Part shown: piece after piece, positions 7,536 to 15,555 of the stretch
Layout of the letters: each line of letters begins with the position of its first letter
Numbering within the stretch: the first letter of the stretch is position 1
Assembly: GCA_046533775.1 (NCBI GenBank)
Contig: JAWDOO010000003.1
Span: 49,325 to 81,324 of the forward strand
Length of the DNA: 32,000 nucleotides
Reading direction: 5' to 3'
DNA from: Candidatus Nanopusillus sp.
GTDB taxonomy: Archaea; Nanobdellota; Nanobdellia; Nanobdellales; Nanobdellaceae
The notes under the pieces: model-generated
Told to the model about the DNA's origin: nothing
What the model saw: the letters and a program-made list of their open reading frames with translations, nothing else
The model's database searches: none
Position numbers and translations under genes: made by a program

Positions 7536-7688
7536 ATGAATCATTATATTATAATGGTGGACCAGAACACCCTGTTGGAATTAATAAAATTGAGAAGCAA
7601 TGCAAGAAGAAAAAATTTGGGAAGTAATACAAAAGTAATAAGGAATCTAAGAAAGAAAATGGCTAGAGAAAATATTGTTGTGGGATGA
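7536..7688 (+). CDS. rpl29: 50S ribosomal protein L29 (uL29), N-terminally short
   Basis: LLELIKLRSNARRKNLGSNTKVIRNLRKKMARENIVV matches the uL29 helix-2 pattern (LR-x-x-A-x-x-G-x-L-x-N-x-x-x-IR-x-VRK-x-IAR). It lies directly upstream of SUI1 and Rpp29, as in other archaea. Start is ATG 7536 (50 aa) or 7554 (44 aa). The track start 7473 lies inside kae1. Confidence 0.6.
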   Translation: MNHYIIMVDQNTLLELIKLRSNARRKNLGSNTKVIRNLRKKMARENIVVG

Positions 7689-7999
7689 AAAAGAAACTTT
7701 TCTCAGGTCTTCCAATAGATTTAGAGAATACAACAAAGGAAATAGAGAAAGAATTTCAGAAAATTATAGTAAGGGCTGAAAAAAGAAGTTATGGAAAGAT
7801 TGTTACAATTTTGGAGGGTGTAGATCCATCTATTGCAAAGGAAACATTGAAAAGTTTAAAACAAAAGTTGGGTTGTGGGGGTACATATAAGGATAATTTA
7901 ATAGAATTGCAGGGGGATCATAGAGAAAAAATAAAGAAATTATTATTGGAATTGGGTTTTAAGGAAGAGAATATAGAAATATCTAATGAAATTGAATAA
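7685..7999 (+). CDS. Translation initiation factor SUI1 (aIF1)
   Basis: IVRAEKRSYGKIVTILEGVD...LKQKLGCGGTYKDNLIELQGDHREKIKKLLLELGF is the SUI1 fold signature. ATGA overlap with L29. Confidence 0.9.
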   Translation: MKKKLFSGLPIDLENTTKEIEKEFQKIIVRAEKRSYGKIVTILEGVDPSIAKETLKSLKQKLGCGGTYKDNLIELQGDHREKIKKLLLELGFKEENIEISNEIE

Positions 8000-8264
8000 A
8001 TATTTTTTATCTTATGAATTTATTGGATTAAATGTAGAAGTATATGATTGTAAAATAAAAAGTTTAAAAGGTATATATGGAGAGATAATAGATGAAACAA
8101 AAAATACATTTTATATAAAGAATAAAAATAAAATATATATAGTTCCAAAGCGCATATCAAAATTTATTTTTTATTTCAATGATTATTCAATTTTTTTAGA
8201 TGGAAAATTAATAGATAGAAGACCATGGGAAAGGTTAAAAGTAAATATAAAGAAGAAGGTATAA
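7986..8264 (+). CDS. rnp1: RNase P protein component 1 (Rpp29/Pop4)
   Basis: FIGLNVEVYDCKIKSLKGIYGEIIDETKNTFYIK...IVPKRISKFIFY...LDGKLIDRRPWERLK matches the Rpp29 Sm-like barrel pattern (G-x-V-x-DET-x-NT...PK...RP-x-eR). 14-nt overlap with SUI1. Confidence 0.85.
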   Translation: MKLNKYFLSYEFIGLNVEVYDCKIKSLKGIYGEIIDETKNTFYIKNKNKIYIVPKRISKFIFYFNDYSIFLDGKLIDRRPWERLKVNIKKKV

Positions 8265-8274
8265 AGTTTATATA
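8261..8274 (+). promoter_or_regulatory. BRE/TATA promoter for leaderless pilin-like gene
   Basis: ATAAAG plus consensus TTTATATA (8267..8274). The TATA centre is 26.5 nt upstream of the A of ATG 8297. Confidence 0.5.
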
Positions 8275-8296
8275 TTACTAAATTTTTAAATATATT

Positions 8297-8797
8297 ATGA
8301 AAATAAAGGCTGTATCTCCTCTGATTGCAACAATTATATTAATTGCTCTAACAGTAGCTTTAGGTGCAATTATTGTTGGATGGGCAAGAGGCTATGTTAA
8401 TAAACAAGTTACAAATCTAGGTGCTCAAGTTGAAATACTACAAGTAAGTTATAATGACTCAAATGGTAATATAACAATTTTAGCTCAAAATATAGGATCT
8501 ACTCAATTAGTTACAAATAATCTTTTAATAGAATTTTCTTCTACCAATGGAAATAGTCAAAAATGTCCTTTAGTTTTAAGTGGAAATGCTGGAGGATATT
8601 TATCATGCTATATATATAATATAACAAATCCATCATCTGGTAACTCATATATAAATAGTACAATACCTTCAAATTCAATATTTCTTATAAATATGACAGT
8701 CAATATGAATAGTTTTGGAATATCTACTTTAGATGGTTCTACTATTTATATATATTATTATGATAATCCAGTATCCAATGGATATACAATACCATGA
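8297..8797 (+). CDS. Archaeal type IV pilin-like protein (Pilin_N / class III signal peptide)
   Basis: MKIKA|VSPLIATIILIALTVALGAIIVGW is the canonical archaeal pilin N-terminal domain (K-A/G | V-S-P-V/L-I-A-T plus hydrophobic helix). 5 N-x-S/T sequons in the 166-aa protein. Confidence 0.75.
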   Translation: MKIKAVSPLIATIILIALTVALGAIIVGWARGYVNKQVTNLGAQVEILQVSYNDSNGNITILAQNIGSTQLVTNNLLIEFSSTNGNSQKCPLVLSGNAGGYLSCYIYNITNPSSGNSYINSTIPSNSIFLINMTVNMNSFGISTLDGSTIYIYYYDNPVSNGYTIP

Positions 8798-8802
8798 TTT
8801 AC

Positions 8803-8807
8803 TTTTT
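8803..8807 (+). terminator. T5 tract just after the pilin-like gene
   Basis: TGA(8795..8797)-TT-TACTTTTTAGT. The T-run starts 6 nt after the stop. Confidence 0.35.
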
Positions 8808-8853
8808 AGTAGTTAATTAAAAGAATAAATGACTTCTATAAATATTTTTATTT

Positions 8854-10029
8854 ATGGAAATTAAATCTGCAAAAGCAAGAGTAGTTTTAAATTCTAGAGG
8901 AGATCCTACATTAGAAATTGAAATAAATGGATATTCAGAAGCTGCTCCAGAAGGTGCAAGTAAAGGTTCTGGTGAAGTTATATATTTAGATCCGAAAAAA
9001 GCTGCTGAATTATTTAATAATGAATTAATAGATTTTCTTAAGACATTTGATATAGCATCTTTAGATGATTTAAAAGAATTTGAAAATGAATTTGAATCAA
9101 TTGGAGGAATAAAAAGATATGGAGGTAATACATTAATTGCTACAGAATATGCTATATTAAGGGCATGGTCTAATTATGAAGGAAAACCAATTTATCAATT
9201 TTTTAATAAAAATCCAAAAATAAATATAAGAATATTGGCAAATGTTATTGGTGGTGGTGCACATGCAAAAGGTAGAAGCACAAATATTCAAGAATTTTTA
9301 GTTTCTCCAGATACAGATAATTTACCTTTATCTATTTTTATTGCATCATATATACATAAATTATTGGGAAAGAGATTGGAATTGTTGGATGATAAATTTT
9401 TATATGGAAGAAATGATGAGGGTGCATGGACAACATCACTTGAAGATGAGACAGTATTTAATATAATAAAAATGGTTTTTGATGAAGTTAAGATGGATTA
9501 TAATATAAAAGTTGATCTTGGAATTGATTTTGCCGCAACCCAATTATATAAAGACAATGCATATAGATATAAAAATAAAGTATTTTCTAGAGAAGATCAA
9601 ATAAAATATGTAAAGTTTCTCATAGATACATATGATCTATTTTATGTTGAAGACCCATTATATGAAGAAGATTTTGAAGGATTTGCAGAAATAAATAATA
9701 GTACAAAGAGTTTAATTGTTGGAGATGATCTGACTGTAACAAATATAGAAAGGATAAAAAAATCTTTAATATATAAATCAATTAAGGGTGTTATAATAAA
9801 ACCAAATCAAATAGGTTCTATTGTTAAAGCATACGAAGCTGTAAAATTTTGTAAAGAAAATGGTCTTATACCAATATTATCTCATAGATCTGGAGAGACT
9901 GAAAGTAATATATTAGCACATTTGGCAGTTGGATTTGAAGTTCCATTTGTAAAGTTTGGAATTGTAAATGGAGAAAGAATTGCAAAACTAAATGAATTAA
10001 TTAGAATATATGAAAGTCTAAATAAATAA
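8854..10029 (+). CDS. eno: Enolase (phosphopyruvate hydratase), compact and divergent
   Basis: RVVLNSRGDPTLEIEI, PEGASKGSGE (compare PSGASTG-x-x-E), VEDPLYEEDFEGF, GDDLTVTN, IKPNQIGS, SHRSGETES and KFG...ERIAKLNELIRI. Metal and catalytic positions appear to be present. 391 aa is shorter than usual. Confidence 0.88.
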   Translation: MEIKSAKARVVLNSRGDPTLEIEINGYSEAAPEGASKGSGEVIYLDPKKAAELFNNELIDFLKTFDIASLDDLKEFENEFESIGGIKRYGGNTLIATEYAILRAWSNYEGKPIYQFFNKNPKINIRILANVIGGGAHAKGRSTNIQEFLVSPDTDNLPLSIFIASYIHKLLGKRLELLDDKFLYGRNDEGAWTTSLEDETVFNIIKMVFDEVKMDYNIKVDLGIDFAATQLYKDNAYRYKNKVFSREDQIKYVKFLIDTYDLFYVEDPLYEEDFEGFAEINNSTKSLIVGDDLTVTNIERIKKSLIYKSIKGVIIKPNQIGSIVKAYEAVKFCKENGLIPILSHRSGETESNILAHLAVGFEVPFVKFGIVNGERIAKLNELIRIYESLNK

Positions 10030-10290
10030 CTTAAACCATTTTTTATATTCTTCAGGTACTTCAATTAATTTTAAATTAATTAATGTATCTAGAATTCCCC
10101 AAATATAATTTTCCAATTCAAATGCTTTTACAAAATCTTTTTTCTCATAAAAATATTTTAAATCTTTATAATAAGATATAAGGAAATCTTCGAATCTATT
10201 ATCTAAAAATTTTATATTCTTAAATATTAATTCCAATTTTTTATATTCTCTGTCTAAATAATAAAAGAATTCCTCTTCATTTATTTCCAT
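10018..10290 (-). CDS. Small conserved archaeal protein, possibly DUF357-like
   Basis: 90 aa, helical. YYKDLKYFYEKKDFVKAFELENYIWGILDTL resembles the Y-x-x-D...gd...A...Y-x-x-G-x-lD pattern I recall for DUF357. The family assignment is from memory only. Confidence 0.35.
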   Translation of the reverse strand: MEINEEEFFYYLDREYKKLELIFKNIKFLDNRFEDFLISYYKDLKYFYEKKDFVKAFELENYIWGILDTLINLKLIEVPEEYKKWFKLFI

Positions 10291-10318
10291 TTATATAATT
10301 TATTTAAAATTTTAATAA

Positions 10319-11029
10319 ATGGATCTTATAGATATATTATCTAAATTTAGTATTGAAGAAATATTATATTTCGAAGAAAATTATGATTTACAATATAGAT
10401 ATTTAAGATTTTTATATAAAAATATAAAAAATCAAGATTTATTTTTGAAACTAATTGTAATAAATTCTTTATTAGCATTCCAATTATCATATAAAGGAGA
10501 AAAATTCTGGAAAATATTTTCTATATATTTCTCTAAGCATAATGATAATATATATAACAATTTTTTATCTTTTATAGATTTATATAATAGAAGATATAAA
10601 GAAATAAAAATAAAAAGATTAAATAAAATTTATAATTGGATTAAAGATAAAGATTTATTAATTTATAAAGATGATTTAGTTAAATTTAATTCAGAAATTG
10701 CGAAAGTAATGGGACAAAATATTTATGATAAAACAATAGTATTTTCAACAAAAATTTATGGTTATGGATTAAGAATTATTGGATATAAAATAATATTCCC
10801 ATTTGAAATATTTATACCAATAGATAATAGAATTGGGAAAATTAGTAAAGATAAAAATTATTGGATAAAATTAGCAAAAGAAATAAATATACCATTACTA
10901 CATGTAGATTCTTTAATATGGATTACTATGGGATTAGATAATAATAAAATAGATGAGATAAAAAATGAAGAGCTTAAAAATAAAATTAAATTATTAAAAA
11001 ATTATTTAGATAATATTATTAATAATTAA
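10319..11029 (+). CDS. N-glycosylase/DNA lyase, archaeal 8-oxoguanine glycosylase (AGOG family)
   Basis: LIVINSLLAFQLSYKGEKFWKIFSIYF and DKTIVFSTKIYGYGLRI...FEIFIPIDNRIGKIS parallel conserved AGOG blocks (alvsYqL-x-x-kGE-x-yW; KTivF-x-x-KM-x-gYa; IP-x-D-x-Ri). Confidence 0.65.
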   Translation: MDLIDILSKFSIEEILYFEENYDLQYRYLRFLYKNIKNQDLFLKLIVINSLLAFQLSYKGEKFWKIFSIYFSKHNDNIYNNFLSFIDLYNRRYKEIKIKRLNKIYNWIKDKDLLIYKDDLVKFNSEIAKVMGQNIYDKTIVFSTKIYGYGLRIIGYKIIFPFEIFIPIDNRIGKISKDKNYWIKLAKEINIPLLHVDSLIWITMGLDNNKIDEIKNEELKNKIKLLKNYLDNIINN

Positions 11030-11470
11030 AAGGCCATCTGTAACATATAATATATCTCTAGCAATCTTTTCCTCATTTATTAATTTTGAATCAAAATCTG
11101 ATCCAATTTTTCCATTTCCAATAGATATTTTTTCAGTTGGAGATAATAAATATTTATCATATTCTAATATAAATTCTTCAGATTTTTTTAATAAATATCC
11201 TAAATATATTAATTGATTTAGACCGTATGTTTTATTTTTATCGCTCAAATCGTTAAAATTATATATATATAAATTAATATTACTCTCCATTAATTTTATT
11301 TTATTATCTTTTATTAATAATGTAGCTTGCCAATTCTTTTTATAATCTTTATAATTTGATGATGCTATTGTTTTATTATTATATTCTAATATCATCTTTT
11401 CCTTTTCCTTTTTTATTGTTACCTTACCTTCTTCCAAAGATAACTTTAGCCCTATACCCAATATATCCAT
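11006..11470 (-). CDS. Hypothetical protein
   Basis: 154-aa ORF with no stops in very A+T-rich DNA. No motif I recognise. Its 3' end overlaps the AGOG gene by 24 nt. Confidence 0.5.
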   Translation of the reverse strand: MDILGIGLKLSLEEGKVTIKKEKEKMILEYNNKTIASSNYKDYKKNWQATLLIKDNKIKLMESNINLYIYNFNDLSDKNKTYGLNQLIYLGYLLKKSEEFILEYDKYLLSPTEKISIGNGKIGSDFDSKLINEEKIARDILYVTDGLLIINNII

Positions 11471-11535
11471 AAGCTATTTATAGAAAATCATATATAAAAA
11501 GATTATTAAAAATTTATTAAGTAATTTATATATAT

Positions 11536-11608
11536 GCCGCCGTAGCTCAGTTGGTAGAGCAGCCGGCTGTTAACCGGCAGGTCGTGGGTTCAAGTCCCAC
11601 CGGCGGCG
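11536..11608 (+). tRNA. tRNA-Asn (anticodon GUU)
   Basis: Hand-folded cloverleaf. Acceptor GCCGCCG/CGGCGGC, D-stem GCTC/GAGC, anticodon stem GCCGG/CCGGC with loop CT-GTT-AA, T-stem GTGGG/CCCAC with loop TTCAAGT, discriminator G. No CCA and no intron. Confidence 0.95.
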
Positions 11609-12475
11609 CTATTCATTATAATATTTATATAATAGTTCTCTATTTGCTTCTAGTTGTATATTTTTAATATTTAGATAATCTGCAGCAGATAAAAATTCTG
11701 TACCATAATTTTTTCCAATTTCATTTAAGTTATCTAAGATTTCCTTATAATTTAAAGATCTAGCCATATGATGGTCAATTATTATTTTACTAACTTTTGT
11801 ATTCTCTAACAAATTCTCAATATTTTTATAAAATATTTCGTTATATGAATTATCCCATTTTATATGATAAAAAGGAGGACCAGATAATATTATATAATCA
11901 GGATTCTTTTCTATTATATAGTTTAATGTATAGTTTGTTAGAATACCTTGAATATCTGATCCAAAAAACAAAGATTTATTTTTGTATTCTATATATGTAC
12001 CAATTACATAACCCAGGTTTGAATTTTCTATTCCATGGAATAATGGAGGAGATATTTCTATATAAGTATTATTAAATTTGAATGATTTATTATCTCCAAT
12101 AATTATTTCAGATTTATCTTTTATTTTTTCATATACAATCTTTCCTCTTTTTCTTTGAGAATTATTTATATAATTATTAAAATCTTTTATAATCAACTTT
12201 TTATTATACAATATCTTGAAATGTTCTTCCTTCGGATTTGGACAGTGATCCCAATGATAATGTGTAATAATTATTAAATCAACATCTTTTGATAGTTCAA
12301 TTATTTCTTTTTTCTTGTTTTTTAATTCTTCTAATTCAATTTTATGCGGTTTTAGATTATATCTATAAGGAGCAATTGCAATGGATGGATCTATAAATAT
12401 CTTAATATCAGTTTTAATAATTGTTGCCATGGATCTTGTTGAAAATGAATCATATGCAATTGGTATTATTATCAT
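11609..12475 (-). CDS. Metallo-beta-lactamase-fold hydrolase (UPF0282-like)
   Basis: H-x-H-x-DH motif (ITHYHWDH). The N-terminus MIIIPIAYDSFSTRSMATIIKTDIKIFIDPSIAIAPYRYNLKPH follows the archaeal UPF0282 pattern (ESLGVRS-x-AT...IDP-x-V-x-LAP-x-R-x-x-LPPH). Confidence 0.7.
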   Translation of the reverse strand: MIIIPIAYDSFSTRSMATIIKTDIKIFIDPSIAIAPYRYNLKPHKIELEELKNKKKEIIELSKDVDLIIITHYHWDHCPNPKEEHFKILYNKKLIIKDFNNYINNSQRKRGKIVYEKIKDKSEIIIGDNKSFKFNNTYIEISPPLFHGIENSNLGYVIGTYIEYKNKSLFFGSDIQGILTNYTLNYIIEKNPDYIILSGPPFYHIKWDNSYNEIFYKNIENLLENTKVSKIIIDHHMARSLNYKEILDNLNEIGKNYGTEFLSAADYLNIKNIQLEANRELLYKYYNE

Positions 12476-12495
12476 TAAAAAATATTAATAAAAAA

Positions 12496-13320
12496 TTAAT
12501 AAATAGCTTTTCCTATTTCTTCAATAAATTCCTTTTCAAGATATTCAAATGCATTTGTAATTTTTGATGGATTTATTCCATATAATTTAATTATATTATT
12601 GTTATCTATTTCAAATATAAATCCAGAATATTCTTTATATTTTCCCTTTATAATTTCAACAACCTTCTTTACAAATATTTCTCCAGGTATCTTTGGATAT
12701 TCTTTTAATTTACTTCCCATCCCTTCTTCTCCAGTTTTTATAGTATCTGGAGATAGTGCAATAAGTCTTCTTTTTCTATTGTTTATTTCGTCATTATATT
12801 TTAATGCAGCTACATATCTATCTAAAGCAGCTTTAGTAATTTGATATATGGGATCCCAGCTACCTACATAATGTGCAGAAATAGACACCATATATATAGT
12901 ATCTAAAACAAGATTATTCTTTAATAGTTCAATGTCTGTCGCCATTATAGATTCTACATTTGTCTCCCAAGCTTTTCTTATTTCTTCTATACTATATTTT
13001 GATATATCCCCTCTATAATCATATAAAATTCCAATATTGTAAAATACTGATACTTTATATCCTTTATTTATATATTCTTTTATTTTTTCTATTATCTTTT
13101 TTCTATCTTCATCTTTTGTTAAATCTCCAGCTATATAATCATCTATCTTTCCTTCATTTTTCATACTAATTAATACATTTTCTTTTCTTCCATTTCCAAC
13201 AACAATATATTTATTTCTTTTTAATTCTTCAGCTAATAATTTGCCAATACCACCGGTAGCCCCTAATAGGAATATAACTTCTTTCTTTTCTTCATTCATC
13301 ATAATATTATCAAGACTCAT
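12496..13320 (-). CDS. Short-chain dehydrogenase/reductase (SDR) family oxidoreductase
   Basis: Rossmann motif GATGGIG, an NIG (NNAG-like) motif, and the catalytic S...YQITK (Y-x-x-x-K) triad region. Confidence 0.75.
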   Translation of the reverse strand: MSLDNIMMNEEKKEVIFLLGATGGIGKLLAEELKRNKYIVVGNGRKENVLISMKNEGKIDDYIAGDLTKDEDRKKIIEKIKEYINKGYKVSVFYNIGILYDYRGDISKYSIEEIRKAWETNVESIMATDIELLKNNLVLDTIYMVSISAHYVGSWDPIYQITKAALDRYVAALKYNDEINNRKRRLIALSPDTIKTGEEGMGSKLKEYPKIPGEIFVKKVVEIIKGKYKEYSGFIFEIDNNNIIKLYGINPSKITNAFEYLEKEFIEEIGKAIY

Positions 13321-14156
13321 ATTGATAATAAATTATCGATATATTCTAAAATTGTATTTTTTATATCCTCTCTTTTTAAATCATTAAAGAATTTTTCAAT
13401 TGGCTCATTTATATTTTTATCTACTTTACTTGAATATGCATAAATTATTTGTCCATTATTATATAAAAATCCAGTTAAATAATATCCTTTTTCTTCATAT
13501 TCTTTTATATTTGTTGTATATATTAATTTTGGATATTTTTCATTATTTTCATTTCTTTTATATTCAAATGTATAAATTTTGCAATCTAAATTATTTAATA
13601 TACATAAATTTTTGAAAAACATTTTAGAATATTTTGGTATCTTTAATTCTAACATTTTATCTTTTGATCTATATCCAATAATTGTTGTGTATAAATTATT
13701 TTTACTGTCTTTATGTATAAATGATGATGCAAAACCGGAGATTTTTATCCCATGGTTTTCCCATATTTTAAATATTTTACTTGAAGTTGGTAAATATATA
13801 ACAAAATCTGCAGCTACAGGCATATCTTGTTTTAAAAAATAATAATAGAGTTTTTTGGCAATTCCTTTGTTAGAGTGGTTGTTATTTGTAACAGTGTAAA
13901 GATTATACCATATTCCATACTCAAATGTCCAATGAGACAATCCAATTATCTGATTATTTTCTATATATAAAAGAATAATATCACCTTTGTCCAATAATCT
14001 TTTTACATAATTTTCTTCATAAATTTTATATGAATTTTCTCCTTCATCTTCAAAATCAAAATAAAATTTATTTTCTCCAATATTTCTTCTAATAAATTCT
14101 ACAATATTCTTTATATCATTATAATCAGCCCTTTTAATATATTCATTTATACTCAT
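13317..14156 (-). CDS. Putative GNAT-family acetyltransferase-like protein
   Basis: IILLYIENNQIIGLSHWTF...NNNHSNKGIAKKLYYYFLK resembles the GNAT beta4/alpha3 (R/Q-x-x-G-x-G/A) acetyl-CoA motif region. The C-terminal half is unassigned. ATGA overlap with the SDR gene. Confidence 0.4.
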   Translation of the reverse strand: MSINEYIKRADYNDIKNIVEFIRRNIGENKFYFDFEDEGENSYKIYEENYVKRLLDKGDIILLYIENNQIIGLSHWTFEYGIWYNLYTVTNNNHSNKGIAKKLYYYFLKQDMPVAADFVIYLPTSSKIFKIWENHGIKISGFASSFIHKDSKNNLYTTIIGYRSKDKMLELKIPKYSKMFFKNLCILNNLDCKIYTFEYKRNENNEKYPKLIYTTNIKEYEEKGYYLTGFLYNNGQIIYAYSSKVDKNINEPIEKFFNDLKREDIKNTILEYIDNLLSI

Positions 14157-14198
14157 GATTATTACATATTAAGAGAAAAGTATATATAGTTAACAGAG

Positions 14199-15521
14199 TT
14201 ATATATACTTCAATATTTTTGCAGTTTTTTCATCCATATAATATGCTTCTATTCCAATATTTCTTAATCTCTTAGCAAAATATTTGGATAATATTCCCTT
14301 CTTACATATTAATAAATATTTCTTACCTTTTTCAAAATTATATTTGGAAAATTCCTCTGATTTAACAATTATTAGATCTTTTTTATCTGGAATTTTTAAA
14401 TTAAATTCTTCAATATTTATATTATTAACTTCTCTAATCTTTTCAATCTCTTTATCAAAATCTATATTTAATTTATTTAGTTCAGAAATTACTATTTCAA
14501 TTTTTGGTTTTGTTACTGGATTATTTTCAATTTTACATATTTCGGGCGCTCTTATATTATATATACCAATTTTCTTTGATAAATCCAATATTTCACTTTT
14601 ATTGAATCCAATTAATGGTCTTAATATTAAAATATCTACAATACTATCTAATACTTTTAATGATTCAATTGTCTGTGTAGAAACCTGTCCCAAAGATTCT
14701 CCAGTAATTATACAATCATAATTATTTTTCTTTGCAAACTTTTCTGCAATCTTATACATTATTGCTTTAAATAATATTTGTCTATATCCTTCTCTTACAT
14801 TAAATAAATATTCTATATCTAAATCATAAACATATAATTTTGAATTTGGAAAATATTCTTTCAATTTATTATATACATTATATACATATTGTAAATAAAT
14901 ATCTCCAGCAATATTAATAAATAAAAAATCAATTTTTAATCCTCTTTTTGAAATAATATATGAAGCTACTGATGAATCAGATCCACCAGAAAATAGTACA
15001 ATTCCTTTACCTTCAGATCCTTCTGGTAAACCCCCAGGTCCTCTAATTATTTTATCATAAATAAATGTATAATCTTTATGAATTTCAATATATAATATTT
15101 TTTCAGGGTTTTTTACATCAACTTTTAATTTATATTTATTTAAAATTTCTTCTCCAACAATCTTATTAACTTCTAAAGATTTATAAGGAAAGCTTTTATC
15201 AACCCTTTTTGTAGATACTTTAAATCTATTAATATTCCCAATAAAATTATTAAAAAATTCTAAAGAATATTTTTTTATATTTTCTATAGATGTTTCAAAA
15301 TAAATAGCTGGATATATATTTTTTATTCCTGGAATATTTCTTAATATGTTTATCCATTCATCTTTATAATCCCATAATATTATTCTACCTCTTCTATTTT
15401 CTATTTTATCAAAATTTATCCTATTTTTAATATTATTTATTAATATATTTATCATTTTTTTCTTTACTTTTTCAGATTTTGTCCATATTTCATCAATACC
15501 AATTAATATGCAATTATACAT
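14199..15521 (-). CDS. thiI: tRNA 4-thiouridine synthase ThiI with C-terminal rhodanese-like domain
   Basis: PP-loop VLFSGGSDSSVASY, THUMP-like N-terminal half, a conserved Cys in APEICKIEN, and a C-terminal block KYLLICKKGILSKYFAKRL that looks like a rhodanese active-site loop (C-x-x-G-x-x-S). Confidence 0.85.
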   Translation of the reverse strand: MYNCILIGIDEIWTKSEKVKKKMINILINNIKNRINFDKIENRRGRIILWDYKDEWINILRNIPGIKNIYPAIYFETSIENIKKYSLEFFNNFIGNINRFKVSTKRVDKSFPYKSLEVNKIVGEEILNKYKLKVDVKNPEKILYIEIHKDYTFIYDKIIRGPGGLPEGSEGKGIVLFSGGSDSSVASYIISKRGLKIDFLFINIAGDIYLQYVYNVYNKLKEYFPNSKLYVYDLDIEYLFNVREGYRQILFKAIMYKIAEKFAKKNNYDCIITGESLGQVSTQTIESLKVLDSIVDILILRPLIGFNKSEILDLSKKIGIYNIRAPEICKIENNPVTKPKIEIVISELNKLNIDFDKEIEKIREVNNINIEEFNLKIPDKKDLIIVKSEEFSKYNFEKGKKYLLICKKGILSKYFAKRLRNIGIEAYYMDEKTAKILKYI

Positions 15522-15555
15522 AAATATTTTTATTATAAGAAATTATTATAATGTT

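Noticed and set aside
14284-14721. 145-aa ORF antisense to thiI; other nested antisense ORFs are 6531..6818, 6918..7127, 9882..10064, 11797..12075, 12599..12844, 12960..13169, 13400..13615, 13579..13842, 18505..18714, 19556..19801, 22000..22233, 22505..22837, 25947..26144 and 28544..28864
   Set aside because: All are nested in, or antisense to, genes with clear homology-type motifs. Their compositions are mirror images of the sense strand. No independent evidence supports any of them.
15508-15555. N-terminal extension of the HDAC-like ORF overlapping the thiI start
   Set aside because: It overlaps the divergent thiI start codon. The HDAC-family similarity begins only after Met17.
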